Source of the DNA: a virus
Strand: one strand, 5' to 3'
DNA: 64,000 nt
IMG/VR virus record: IMGVR_UViG_3300048586_000548
Span: 1-64,000 of that record
Shown here: positions 35,027-43,446 of the stretch, one piece after another
How positions within the stretch are numbered: position 1 is the first letter of the stretch
How the letters are laid out: every line of letters starts with the position of its first letter
Made by a program: the position numbers and the translations under genes
The notes under the pieces: model-generated
Told to the model about the DNA's origin: nothing
Database searches by the model: none
Seen by the model: only the letters and a program-made list of their open reading frames with translations

Positions 35027-35292
35027 CCGAGCTGTACTACTTCTTCGACCCGCGGGACAAGGCGTGTACGGTTGGTGAACGCGTGGCGGCTGTTGCCGCC
35101 GCGCTGGAGCTGCCGATGCAGTCGCTGAGCGCGCGGGACGCTCCGGCCGGACGGTTGGTCCTGGCGTTTGGGCTGTTGGACATTCCCGCGGTCGTCGTGG
35201 TGCGCGACAAGCACTACGTGGCGACGATCGACGGGGCGGACCTGCGAAATGCGGTGCGCCTGGAGCGGCGCATCGCCCGGCTGATCGCGTGA
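35023..35292 (+). CDS. degenerate thioredoxin/glutaredoxin-fold protein
   Basis: LYYFFDPRDKAC (single Cys); cis-Pro-like FGLLDIPAVVV; downstream of nrdJ. Confidence 0.5.
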   Translation: MTELYYFFDPRDKACTVGERVAAVAAALELPMQSLSARDAPAGRLVLAFGLLDIPAVVVVRDKHYVATIDGADLRNAVRLERRIARLIA

Positions 35293-35429
35293 GCACGAAG
35301 AAGGCGGGCATGCTGACCACCTCGAAAGAGTGGGCCAAGCATTTGCGCGCGTACTGGAAGCGGAAATTCTGGAAACAAGAACGGAAAGCGGCGAAGACCT
35401 ACACCAAGAAAGCCCCCTATGTCGATTAA
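35289..35429 (+). CDS. 46-aa basic peptide (EWAKHLRAYWKRKFWKQERKAAK)
   Basis: GTGA overlap; too short for the ORF track. Confidence 0.55.
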   Translation: MSTKKAGMLTTSKEWAKHLRAYWKRKFWKQERKAAKTYTKKAPYVD

Positions 35430-35586
35430 GCTGCTCGGGTGGGCCCTGGTGCTCGCGCTGTACGTGACCGTCCTGAGCTGGTTGTTGGAAGATCAAGGGA
35501 CGTGCACCTGCACCGATTGTGGGGCGCGCTTTCCGCAGGGACGTCACAAGTGCCCGCAGACGGGCCGAACCAAGGTGTGCCGATGA
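35419..35586 (+). CDS. small TM plus Zn-finger protein
   Basis: Hydrophobic N-terminus, then CTDCG..HKCP; ATGA overlap with the next gene. Confidence 0.5.
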   Translation: MSIKLLGWALVLALYVTVLSWLLEDQGTCTCTDCGARFPQGRHKCPQTGRTKVCR

Positions 35587-36275
35587 TTGTGTTCCTGGGA
35601 GACTTGCACGGCCGGTGGCAACGCCTGGAAGAACTCGACGTGCTCCTGGAACCCGGCGTGCCGGTGGTGCAGGTCGGGGATCTGGGCTGGTGGCCGCACT
35701 TGGTGCCGTACTGGGAAGCCTTGGGCCGGAGCCTGCAGCGCCCGGTGTATTGGATCGACGGTAATCACGAACATTTCCCGTCGTTGCCGCTGGAGGCGAC
35801 GCGCCCCGTGGAACTCGCGCCGAACATGCACTATGTCCCGCGCGGCACGATCCTGGAGCTGAACAACCTGCGGTTGGGGTGCATTGGTGGGGCGTCCAGT
35901 GTGAACTACCAAGCGTGCACGGCCGGGGTGGATTGGTTCTGGCAGGAAGAGCTGCGGCCGCGAGACCGGGCGCGCGTCAACGAGTGGGCGCTGCCCGACG
36001 TGGACGTGCTGGTCACCCACGCCGCTCCGCAGTCGGTCGTTAACGTGTACTGCCCAGCGCGTGAGCTTCCGAATTGGGGACTGCCGGTGACGTGGACGAG
36101 CCCGGTCGCGGAGTTCCTCGAAACCACCTGGCAGCGGCTGGGGCAACCCCCGCTGGTGTGTGGTCATTACCACCGACCGGTGCAGCACGACACCGTGCGC
36201 ATTTTGGATATCGAAGAAGCCCTGGATTCGACGACCTGGTTGCGTCGGTTGTTGCTCGTCCAAGAACTCGGGTAG
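35583..36275 (+). CDS. calcineurin-like metallophosphoesterase
   Basis: GDLHG, QVGDLG, DGNHE, LVTHAAP, CGHYH. Confidence 0.9.
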   Translation: MIVFLGDLHGRWQRLEELDVLLEPGVPVVQVGDLGWWPHLVPYWEALGRSLQRPVYWIDGNHEHFPSLPLEATRPVELAPNMHYVPRGTILELNNLRLGCIGGASSVNYQACTAGVDWFWQEELRPRDRARVNEWALPDVDVLVTHAAPQSVVNVYCPARELPNWGLPVTWTSPVAEFLETTWQRLGQPPLVCGHYHRPVQHDTVRILDIEEALDSTTWLRRLLLVQELG

Positions 36276-36281
36276 CGGTCG

Positions 36282-36668
36282 TCAGGCGGGCGCCAGCCCG
36301 AGCCACACCAACGCGGGGTACCAGTCGTGGAACACCCGCACGTGGGCCAGCACCCCGACCTTGAACAGCACCATCCGCGCGATCCCGGTCTGCTGGCCGG
36401 GGTAGACCACGATCGCGGTACTGCGCTCTTCTAAGAAATCATAGAGCTCGAGGCGTGACACAAACTGCTCGACGTCCGCCTCGGAACGCAGGGCGCGGAT
36501 CTGACGAAAATCCAGGAGGACCTTTTGTGTCGTTGCCCACTCGGGCTGTTGGGAAAGCAAACGCAAGGCGGCGACCAAGTCTTCAACGGAACTGTCTCCC
36601 ACCCCATGAGCAAAAGCACAGAGCTCCGCAGGGACGAAGTGCCAAGCAAACGGGTACCAGCGTTGCAT
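36282..36668 (-). CDS. STAS/SEC14 (SpoIIAA-like) protein
   Basis: VLLDFR, TAIVV..GIARM, VRVF...ALVWL; lower GC; lone gene next to attP. Confidence 0.6.
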   Translation of the reverse strand: MQRWYPFAWHFVPAELCAFAHGVGDSSVEDLVAALRLLSQQPEWATTQKVLLDFRQIRALRSEADVEQFVSRLELYDFLEERSTAIVVYPGQQTGIARMVLFKVGVLAHVRVFHDWYPALVWLGLAPA

Positions 36669-36753
36669 AAGCCTCGACGCACTTTAGAAGTTGGGCAGGA
36701 ATCCTAGGTGACCCCGCCCCCGCGCGCAACCCCTAACGACGTCTCCTGCAGGA

Positions 36754-36777
36754 CAATTGGTGACCCAATTGGTGACC
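36754..36777. repeat. putative integrase arm-type sites, CAATTGGTGACC x2
   Basis: Perfect tandem 12-mer to the left of the att core. Confidence 0.75.
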
Positions 36778-36823
36778 GCCCCGCGCAAACCCGCATTCCA
36801 TAAGGGCTTTCCGGCTCCGCCTG

Positions 36824-36865
36824 CGCTCCCAAAGCGGACGCGCTACCGGACTGCGCTACGCCCCG
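36824..36865 (-). other. attP core: 5' half of tRNA-Pro(UGG)
   Basis: Minus strand CGGGGCG-TA-GCGC-AGTCCGGTA-GCGC-G-TCCGC-TTTGGGA-GCG, then no T-arm or 3' acceptor strand; 145 nt from the int stop. Confidence 0.85.
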
Positions 36866-36981
36866 TGTGACCTAAAAGATTGGTCTTTATGCGTTTGCAG
36901 TGTTTCGTAGTTGTCGCTAACTACTCCCTCCGAATGTTTCACTTTGTTCCAAAACACCCCTAAAACCCTATCATTTTTCGC

Positions 36982-37002
36982 CAATTGGTGACCAATTGGT
37001 GC
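36982..37002. repeat. putative integrase arm-type sites, CAATTGGTGAC plus CAATTGGTGC
   Basis: Tandem copies to the right of the att core. Confidence 0.75.
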
Positions 37003-37009
37003 ACCCTGT

Positions 37010-38137
37010 TCAGTCCACCTCCATCACCGCGCGGACGTCGGCCTCTGACACCAGCTGGTAGTGGCGCTGCAGGGTTTCGATGTTCTTCCACCCGCCCGCA
37101 AACGCCACGTCCACCACCGGCAGGTGCTTGCGCTTGGTGGCCCACAACCGCCGGTACGGGTGGAACTTTCCACCTTCCAACGGAGGCACACCAGCTGTCT
37201 TTTCTGCGGACTGCAAACACGCCGCGGCGTAGTCGCCGTGCCAGTGCTCCTGGGGGTTGCTGATCTTAGGGAACAACCAAGGCCCTGGCACGTCGAGGGC
37301 TGTACGGGCCTCCAGCAAGGCCGCCAGGCGCGGCTGGAGCCACGAACTCACCGGCACCCACCCTGCCATACCTTCCTTGTCGGACTCCGCGCGCTTGTAC
37401 ACGCGCTCGAGTTGTACGTCCTCGAGCCGCAGTGCGCACAACGCCGAAACGCGCCACCCCAACGCTTTGACCAGATCCAGCAGCCCACCGAACAACCCTT
37501 GCGAACCCACCTGGTCTGCCACGGCACGCACCGCGTCGAAGCGCTCGTCCGACGCGATAGGCCGCCGGGGCTGCGGGGTGTCGGGAATCACGACCTGCAC
37601 GAGTGGGCTTCGAGTGATCAGCATCGCGGGGTTCTTCATCCCCAAGTTCACCACCCGACGAAGCCACTCCAAATCCAATCCCACCACGCGATCGGTGCAG
37701 TTGGCCTTGAGCGTCGTGTCCGGAATGTTCAACGTCCCGGCTTTGCGCTGCAGCTTAAAGCGCTCCAAGATCACCGGAGGCAGTGCGTGCACCGGTTGAT
37801 GCAGCGGCAACACCGCGCGCCAAATGCGGAGCTCCAGGGCATCGGTCTTGGCCTGCTTGGGGCGGCTCAGGGGCAGCCAATATTGGACGTACCAGTCCAG
37901 GAGCTGGGCCCAGGTCGTGCCCGGATCGCGGGTGGTGCCTTCGCGCACCGCGTACAATTCCGTGGCCAGCTCGAGGGCCGCGGCCTTGGCCTTCGTGAGC
38001 ACCTTGTCAGTCAATTGACGGTACCGGCGCTTCCGGGTGTTGGGATCCGTCCAGCGCAGCAACAACGGAGCTCCGGGACGGCGCCGAAGCACCGCCACCT
38101 TCGCGCCGTAGTGTCCCACCGAAGCGAGTTGTTCCAT
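37010..38137 (-). CDS. int: phage integrase (tyrosine recombinase)
   Basis: GWRVSAL, ESDK, FHPYRR, GGW, RHY; N-terminal arm-binding-like LRWTDPNTRKRRYR; adjacent att core. Confidence 0.88.
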   Translation of the reverse strand: MEQLASVGHYGAKVAVLRRRPGAPLLLRWTDPNTRKRRYRQLTDKVLTKAKAAALELATELYAVREGTTRDPGTTWAQLLDWYVQYWLPLSRPKQAKTDALELRIWRAVLPLHQPVHALPPVILERFKLQRKAGTLNIPDTTLKANCTDRVVGLDLEWLRRVVNLGMKNPAMLITRSPLVQVVIPDTPQPRRPIASDERFDAVRAVADQVGSQGLFGGLLDLVKALGWRVSALCALRLEDVQLERVYKRAESDKEGMAGWVPVSSWLQPRLAALLEARTALDVPGPWLFPKISNPQEHWHGDYAAACLQSAEKTAGVPPLEGGKFHPYRRLWATKRKHLPVVDVAFAGGWKNIETLQRHYQLVSEADVRAVMEVD

Positions 38138-38171
38138 GGGGAAAGAAGCTAGCGGGCCGGGTTCCGTTACA

Positions 38172-38192
38172 CAAATGGTGACATTGGTGACC
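38172..38192. promoter_or_regulatory. third pair of arm-type repeats upstream of int
   Basis: CAAATGGTGAC followed by ATTGGTGACC. Confidence 0.6.
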
Positions 38193-38206
38193 ACTGCCGG
38201 AGCGGA

Positions 38207-38416
38207 CTAGCTGGTGGGCGTTTCATCCTGCGACAACCACGCATGCTGGGCGGCCTGGTCCTGGAGCACCAACCCGTTGGTGCGGGCGAAGGCCAAACAT
38301 GCCGGGCACACCAACTCATAGCTTACTACCCGCTGACCGTCACGGCGACGGACAGCCAGAGCCACCGGCTCCGCCAGCAGCGCGGGCACGGGGTGGGCAC
38401 ACGCTCCGAAGGTCAC
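38207..38416 (-). CDS. small Zn-binding hypothetical protein
   Basis: CAH...CPAC; 4-nt overlap with the neighbour. Confidence 0.6.
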   Translation of the reverse strand: MTFGACAHPVPALLAEPVALAVRRRDGQRVVSYELVCPACLAFARTNGLVLQDQAAQHAWLSQDETPTS

Positions 38417-38823
38417 GGGGCACCTCGCACCAGCGCGTCAAGGTCCCACACACCCGCGGCGCGGATCAGTTTCTCGACCGGAGGCTGCGGCATCTGCTTC
38501 CGGCGCATCACGCACCACGCCGCGAGACCCCAGACCTCGTCGTGCTGCCACATGGCATACGCCGTGGGAATGGCGGTGAAGGGAAGCGGTTCCGCGTCGG
38601 CGCATCCCCAAGCAAACACGTCGCTGCAATTCACCGACAACTGCACCGCGTTCAACCGACGGCCCACCTTGTCGTCCTCGCCGTCATGCCAGAAACCATA
38701 CAGGCTCACCACCTCGTTGATCAGCAAGTGGGCCACCCGCAGCGACACCTCGGGAGAAAGGGCGTCGTCCGCGTCGTCCTGTGATTCGGCTGTGACAGCT
38801 CCGGCAGCGATGCTTCGCGTCAC
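38413..38823 (-). CDS. hypothetical phage protein
   Basis: VNCSDVFAWGCADAE motif; overlaps neighbours. Confidence 0.7.
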   Translation of the reverse strand: MTRSIAAGAVTAESQDDADDALSPEVSLRVAHLLINEVVSLYGFWHDGEDDKVGRRLNAVQLSVNCSDVFAWGCADAEPLPFTAIPTAYAMWQHDEVWGLAAWCVMRRKQMPQPPVEKLIRAAGVWDLDALVRGAP

Positions 38824-39050
38824 GCTGCGCTCCCCGCGGTGTCACGGATGTACCGGGCGATCCACTCCTGCAGCTGGCGTTCGGTTTCGTCGCGGAAGCC
38901 CTTCATCGCGGTCAAGCTTTCCTCCAACGCCACCACGCGCTGAGCGAGCGCGATGCTTTCGTTCTCTGATGGACGCGAGCATCCGTGAACGCCGTAGCTA
39001 AAATCGCCCTTGGCGATGTTACGCACACGAGCGTTCGTCAGGTCAGTCAT
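38820..39050 (-). CDS. hypothetical protein
   Basis: Overlapping operon. Confidence 0.6.
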   Translation of the reverse strand: MTDLTNARVRNIAKGDFSYGVHGCSRPSENESIALAQRVVALEESLTAMKGFRDETERQLQEWIARYIRDTAGSAA

Positions 39051-39285
39051 GGGGCACTTCTTCAAGGAACGACACCACGCTCCGCCAGACGTCGTCATCC
39101 GCCTCGCTCAGCATCATCCACCCCGCAGCAAAGCACTCGGAGTACGCTTCCCACGCTGCCAGCGCGTCCGGCTCGCTCAAGGCGAATCCCCGGGCCTCCG
39201 CAATGGCCACGATGCGCTCGATATCTGCTTGGTACACATGCGTTTCGGACGAGGGCGCACGAAAGCGCAGGCGACGTTCACTCAT
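39043..39285 (-). CDS. hypothetical protein
   Basis: GGAG SD; WEAYSECFAAGWM. Confidence 0.65.
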   Translation of the reverse strand: MSERRLRFRAPSSETHVYQADIERIVAIAEARGFALSEPDALAAWEAYSECFAAGWMMLSEADDDVWRSVVSFLEEVPHD

Positions 39286-39535
39286 GCTCCAGCTCCTCCA
39301 TCGGCAGCCGGTACAGTACGAACGGGGTAGAGGGCCCCACGTACCCGCCGACGTAGTTGAACTCCAAGTATTCCTGCGCTTCATCGGCGCACATACCATC
39401 CCGCTCCATCAAGACTTCAATCATTTGCTGAAAGTCGTAGCACGCCACTGGTCCCACGCCGCAGCGTTCCACCAGGCCCAGCCAGGCAGACTCGAAGCCA
39501 GGCCAGCACAACAGTCCGTCCTGTTCAATTGGCAC
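39278..39535 (-). CDS. hypothetical phage protein
   Basis: GFESAWLG..YD..EAQEYLEFNYVGGYVGPSTP; GGAGG SD. Confidence 0.7.
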   Translation of the reverse strand: MPIEQDGLLCWPGFESAWLGLVERCGVGPVACYDFQQMIEVLMERDGMCADEAQEYLEFNYVGGYVGPSTPFVLYRLPMEELEHE

Positions 39536-39689
39536 TCGGCCTCCAACGCAGGTCGACCACATGCAGCAGGCAGATTGCCGAACACACCGCGGCGAAAATC
39601 GCTTCGAGCGGGTGTCCTTGGAGGTCAAGTACGAGTGCTTTCAGCAGGAAGTACGTGCCCAGGGCTCGCAGGATATTTTCCAAGGTCAC
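39525..39689 (-). CDS. small membrane protein, not in the ORF track
   Basis: MTLENILRALGTYFLLKALV...; fills the gap with overlaps at both ends. Confidence 0.5.
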   Translation of the reverse strand: MTLENILRALGTYFLLKALVLDLQGHPLEAIFAAVCSAICLLHVVDLRWRPSAN

Positions 39690-39934
39690 GTGCGCTCCTC
39701 GTAGTCACGGACGCGGGCAAGGGCGTCGTCAACTGCACACGAGAGGTCGAGTCGCAGACCGGACTTGTCCGCATGGACCACCGCCTCCGCGAGCTGCATC
39801 ATCGCCTCGGTGTGACTACCCGTCGGCGCAACGCCCCAGAACGTCCACTCGCCGTTTGCCTCACAGACGGCTTCAGTTTCTTGGCTCCACACCTCCACGC
39901 GGATCGGTGTGTCGGTTCCTCGCCGGGCGCTCAC
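39686..39934 (-). CDS. hypothetical protein (TEAMMQLAEA segment)
   Basis: Shares a segment with 40853..41200. Confidence 0.6.
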   Translation of the reverse strand: MSARRGTDTPIRVEVWSQETEAVCEANGEWTFWGVAPTGSHTEAMMQLAEAVVHADKSGLRLDLSCAVDDALARVRDYEERT

Positions 39935-40170
39935 GGCGTGACCTTCGGACAGACCTTAATGCCCGGGTTGGCAGCCACGGCGGAATGCTGGATCAAGTGG
40001 ATCGGCAGTGCGATCGGCCACAGCACTCCGCCGAAGCGTGCCTTGTCCAATCCCTGGGGGTCGCCGGGACACGTATCACGGGCCAGCAACGAGGCAGTCC
40101 CCATACCAACCAGCACGTACAGGACCGCCCCTGAGAACAGACCCAAAAAGAACTTCCGAGCGTCGCTCAC
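39931..40170 (-). CDS. small membrane protein
   Basis: TM helix; GVLWPIALP. Confidence 0.6.
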   Translation of the reverse strand: MSDARKFFLGLFSGAVLYVLVGMGTASLLARDTCPGDPQGLDKARFGGVLWPIALPIHLIQHSAVAANPGIKVCPKVTP

Positions 40171-40364
40171 GTGTTCTCCTCGAAAACGATTTCCCCGCTC
40201 ACGTGCTCGTAGTTGGCCGTAAAGCGGCACACCCCGCAGTTGTGCGGGTACATCGGCGGATCCATGGTCAGCACCGCACCCGTCGGATGCAGGGTGCCTC
40301 CGCACTTCGGACATTCGTGATCAATCCGAAAGGCGAGCATGGGGGTCCGGCGGCTATGACGCAT
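40167..40364 (-). CDS. Zn-ribbon protein
   Basis: CPKCGG..PPMYPHNCGVC. Confidence 0.65.
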   Translation of the reverse strand: MRHSRRTPMLAFRIDHECPKCGGTLHPTGAVLTMDPPMYPHNCGVCRFTANYEHVSGEIVFEENT

Positions 40365-40545
40365 CAGTCACCTCCCATACCGCTTGGCGGAACGCGTAAT
40401 TCGCATCCGACTGCAGCTGGAGCAACTGCTCCCGATCGGCCTTATGGGCAGCCTCGCGGCTGTCTCCCTCGTACCAGTTGCGGTACCGCGCCTTCGCGTC
40501 CAGGTACTTGGCGAGGGCTTCGTGGTAGTCGTCGATGGGGTGCAT
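40354..40545 (-). CDS. hypothetical protein
   Basis: Packed ORF. Confidence 0.6.
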   Translation of the reverse strand: MHPIDDYHEALAKYLDAKARYRNWYEGDSREAAHKADREQLLQLQSDANYAFRQAVWEVTDAS

Positions 40546-40860
40546 TCAACTGGTCCTTTGCAATTTGGGGCGCCATACTTGTGCCTTGCGGTCCGGCGCA
40601 CGGCGCTCAGCAGCCGACTGCAGTGGGTAGCCGAGCCCTCGACCCCGGTTGTGATTGCACGTCTGACACGCAGGCCGAAGGTTGTCGTCACGGTTCGTTC
40701 CACCGGCGTGCTTCGGCCGTAAGTGCTCCAACGTCATCTCGTCGAATGGCAGCAGGTTACGGCACCAATGGCACCGTACGATCCCGTCCGGCCAACGCGC
40801 GGCGTTGTACACCCGCAGGCGCCTCGCCTGGCTCGCCGAGCGGCGTGTCGGCTCAGCCAC
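40546..40860 (-). CDS. HNH endonuclease
   Basis: CHWC..TLEHLRPKHAGG...NLRPACQTCNHNRG. Confidence 0.88.
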   Translation of the reverse strand: MAEPTRRSASQARRLRVYNAARWPDGIVRCHWCRNLLPFDEMTLEHLRPKHAGGTNRDDNLRPACQTCNHNRGRGLGYPLQSAAERRAPDRKAQVWRPKLQRTS

Positions 40861-41200
40861 CCCTCCCCCTAAGCTCGCGGACGCGGGCGAGGGCGGCGCG
40901 GTAGGCCAACATGGCCGTCTGGCATCGCAACGCCACGTCTTGCGGTGGACCTTGTGCTCCATCGGTGAGATCGAAATGATCCTCTGCGGCCTCCATCTCC
41001 TCCGCCGCCTCCGCGAGCTGCATCATGGCCTCGGTGAGCGAGCCGGGGGCGGTCGGCAATGACTCTGTGCCCCGTCCAAGGCATCGGATGCAGGACCACT
41101 GCTTCGGCGGGATGCCGAGGCCCCCGCTACCGTAATGCGGGTCGCGCCCCGTACCAGCGCACGCGGGACAGACCACCTCCACGCTGATCGGCTCACCCAT
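40853..41200 (-). CDS. CxxCxGxG Zn-finger protein
   Basis: CPACAGTG, CIRCLGRG, TEAMMQLAEA. Confidence 0.65.
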   Translation of the reverse strand: MGEPISVEVVCPACAGTGRDPHYGSGGLGIPPKQWSCIRCLGRGTESLPTAPGSLTEAMMQLAEAAEEMEAAEDHFDLTDGAQGPPQDVALRCQTAMLAYRAALARVRELRGRGG

Positions 41201-41450
41201 CCTTCCCCCCGATCTGGGCGAGGCGGGCTCGAAACGGAGCGGTGTGATAGCACCAATTGTCCATGCGGCATGCCGTCGAGCAGCACATGCTCTCGAGCTC
41301 GGTAAGCGCCGCCCTCGCAATCGCAATAGCCTCGTCGCGCTCCTGCCGCACGTCGGCGCAGGTGCTTCGATACGCGGCCCAATCCAGAATCCAGACCACC
41401 CCGGCCAGCAGAAGCAGCGGCAAGGCGAGCATTTCGATAGCATTGGTCAC
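41193..41450 (-). CDS. small membrane-anchored protein
   Basis: N-terminal TM helix; overlaps neighbours. Confidence 0.55.
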   Translation of the reverse strand: MTNAIEMLALPLLLLAGVVWILDWAAYRSTCADVRQERDEAIAIARAALTELESMCCSTACRMDNWCYHTAPFRARLAQIGGKDG

Positions 41451-41659
41451 GGGTCACGCACCTTGACGCAGGAAATGGACACGGCCGCTCTGCTGGTGAC
41501 GTTGTTTGTGAAGCACACCACGCCGTATTCCGCAAACACGTGCACTCGGGGGCGGTCAGGGGCACTTGCGGCAGCCGCGCTCGGGGCCAACCACGCCCGG
41601 ACCACGGAGAGAACCGCGACGCCAAGCATGACCATCACCGCCGCCTCCCTACCCGACAT
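41447..41659 (-). CDS. small secreted or membrane protein
   Basis: Signal-like N-terminus; GVVC...SISCV. Confidence 0.6.
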   Translation of the reverse strand: MSGREAAVMVMLGVAVLSVVRAWLAPSAAAASAPDRPRVHVFAEYGVVCFTNNVTSRAAVSISCVKVRDP

Positions 41660-41903
41660 CCGCGGCCTCCCGTTCGTAGATCATCGCGAGCTCCGGCTCG
41701 CCGAGCTGGGAAACCTTGAGCGGTTCCGTACCCACGGACATGCGATAGATGTCCTCGGCGCAGCTACCCACGCACACCATCAACCGACGCCCATCGGGCA
41801 AGTCGCCCACGAAGGTGAAGGAGTACTTGTAGTAGCTGCAGAATTGGACCAGCACGTCGCCGTACCGGGCCAGCTGGTCGGCCGTCAGCTCTTCAGTTTG
41901 CAT
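41649..41903 (-). CDS. hypothetical protein
   Basis: GGAGG SD; FCSYYKYSFTFVG. Confidence 0.65.
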   Translation of the reverse strand: MQTEELTADQLARYGDVLVQFCSYYKYSFTFVGDLPDGRRLMVCVGSCAEDIYRMSVGTEPLKVSQLGEPELAMIYEREAADVG

Positions 41904-42708
41904 GCCGCGCCTCCGCCTGCTCACGCTCACGCACCATGGTCAGCGTTTCGGCGTAGCCCGCGATGTCCACGGCGTTGTCCCGCTTGGCCCGGTTCATCTC
42001 GCGGCTCACCTTGACCAGGATCATGGCCAACGCTACTTCCCCCGGCTCGATCGGGGCCGTGAGTTTTTCCCGCCACATCCCGGACCACATCGCGGCCGTG
42101 CGGCTGAAGTCCACGATCGGGTGACCGTAGTCCGCCCCACGGTTGCCGTGCACCAGCCGCTGGGCTTCCTCGAGTGCCGACTCGTTCGGCACCACCGGCG
42201 GGGGCGCGGTGTCAGGAATGGTCGTATGCAGCAGGGCGTCGCGGACCTCGAGCCCCAGCGCACGGGCAATATCATGCTCCAGCCGCGCCCCCTTGCTGTG
42301 CTCCCAGCCGGGAAGGAGGGCAATGGCGTCCACACTCAGCAGCGCCTTGATGTCTTCGCGCATGTACACGGGGTAGGACAAGGTCTGGTCGCCGTCGAAG
42401 TGGTCGGCCGGGTTGACAACCTGCCACCCTTCACGACGCCAATCCGCGGCAGCCGCATGGAACGCTGGGAAGTTGTAGTCCTCGATGCCTGTCATCGGGC
42501 CGGAGATGTACACTCGACTACTCGTCATCCGTTGCTCCTCAAGATTTGGTGTCAGCCCGGAGCCGCCACAGGCTTCGCAAGCATGTTGTTCTTGTCCAGG
42601 CTCGGGGTCGCCGCAGCATTCCCCCGAGTCTCGTGCGCGCATGCAGCACTGCGGCACCGTAGCGAGGTAATAGCCGTCACCCCCGCACGCCCCGCAGGGG
42701 TGGTACAT
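41893..42708 (-). CDS. DUF4406-like (nucleoside deoxyribosyltransferase fold) plus DUF6378-like fusion, with in-frame N-terminal Zn-finger (second start 42528)
   Basis: VYISGPMTG..NFPAF..VNPA..WEHSKGARLE; RGADYG..MILVKVSR..DNAVDIAGYA. Confidence 0.75.
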   Translation of the reverse strand: MYHPCGACGGDGYYLATVPQCCMRARDSGECCGDPEPGQEQHACEACGGSGLTPNLEEQRMTSSRVYISGPMTGIEDYNFPAFHAAAADWRREGWQVVNPADHFDGDQTLSYPVYMREDIKALLSVDAIALLPGWEHSKGARLEHDIARALGLEVRDALLHTTIPDTAPPPVVPNESALEEAQRLVHGNRGADYGHPIVDFSRTAAMWSGMWREKLTAPIEPGEVALAMILVKVSREMNRAKRDNAVDIAGYAETLTMVREREQAEARHAN

Positions 42709-43223
42709 CAAACACTCACGCCGGTGGACCCGAAGCCGCCCGTACGCTCCGTGGACTGCCCCACCGTCCCGACCTGCCAGTAGGCTTCGTGGCGCGGCTG
42801 GATGACCAGCTGGGCCACGCGATCGTGGTGGTTCAGCAGCGCCGCCCGGCTCGACACGTTGGTCAGCACGACGGCCCACTCGCCGGGGTAGTCCTCGTCG
42901 ATCGTCCCGGGAGAGTTGACCACCACCAGGCCCTGCTTCAGCGCCAGCCCCGAGCGGCTCCGCACCTGACATTCCCAGCCCGTCGGCAGCTGCGCCCGGA
43001 ATCCCAGCGGCACGGCCGCCCGGTCCCCGGGGTTCAGCCAGAAGCCCAGCCCTTCCACCTTGACCACGCGCTGCTCATTGGTGCGGCTGTACACCACCAC
43101 GCCCTGGTCTTCCCGCAGGGCGGACAAGTGCGCGTAGGCGTCCATGCCCGCTGAACCGGCCGTGCTGTACGTCGGCAGCGCGGCGTCCGGGTAGAGCGGT
43201 TCGATTACGACTGTTGCTTGCAC
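42708..43223 (-). CDS. dut: trimeric dUTPase
   Basis: SAGMD, RSRSGLA, NSPGTIDEDYPG, RVAQL, RTGGFGSTG. Confidence 0.93.
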   Translation of the reverse strand: MQATVVIEPLYPDAALPTYSTAGSAGMDAYAHLSALREDQGVVVYSRTNEQRVVKVEGLGFWLNPGDRAAVPLGFRAQLPTGWECQVRSRSGLALKQGLVVVNSPGTIDEDYPGEWAVVLTNVSSRAALLNHHDRVAQLVIQPRHEAYWQVGTVGQSTERTGGFGSTGVSV

Positions 43224-43417
43224 GACGTGCTCCCCCGAAAGGCTGAGGCCACCAGCCACACGCCCGCGCCACCCACCCACGCCGTGCCCGTAGGTACCAC
43301 GCCCGCACGCGCCAGCAGGGACCAGCCCAAAACGCACATGCCCACCTTCACGGCGACCAAGATCACCTTGGCCAGCAACAGTCCCATACCTTCTGCGATC
43401 GTATCCGTATTCGCCAC
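43205..43417 (-). CDS. small membrane protein
   Basis: Two hydrophobic segments. Confidence 0.55.
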   Translation of the reverse strand: MANTDTIAEGMGLLLAKVILVAVKVGMCVLGWSLLARAGVVPTGTAWVGGAGVWLVASAFRGSTSCKQQS

Positions 43418-43446
43418 TCCGCTACTCCCTCAAAGGTTCCTCACCA

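Noticed and set aside
36811-36865. Complete tRNA-Pro gene
   Set aside because: No T-arm (GTTC) or matching 3' acceptor strand follows the anticodon arm, so it is treated as the att core.
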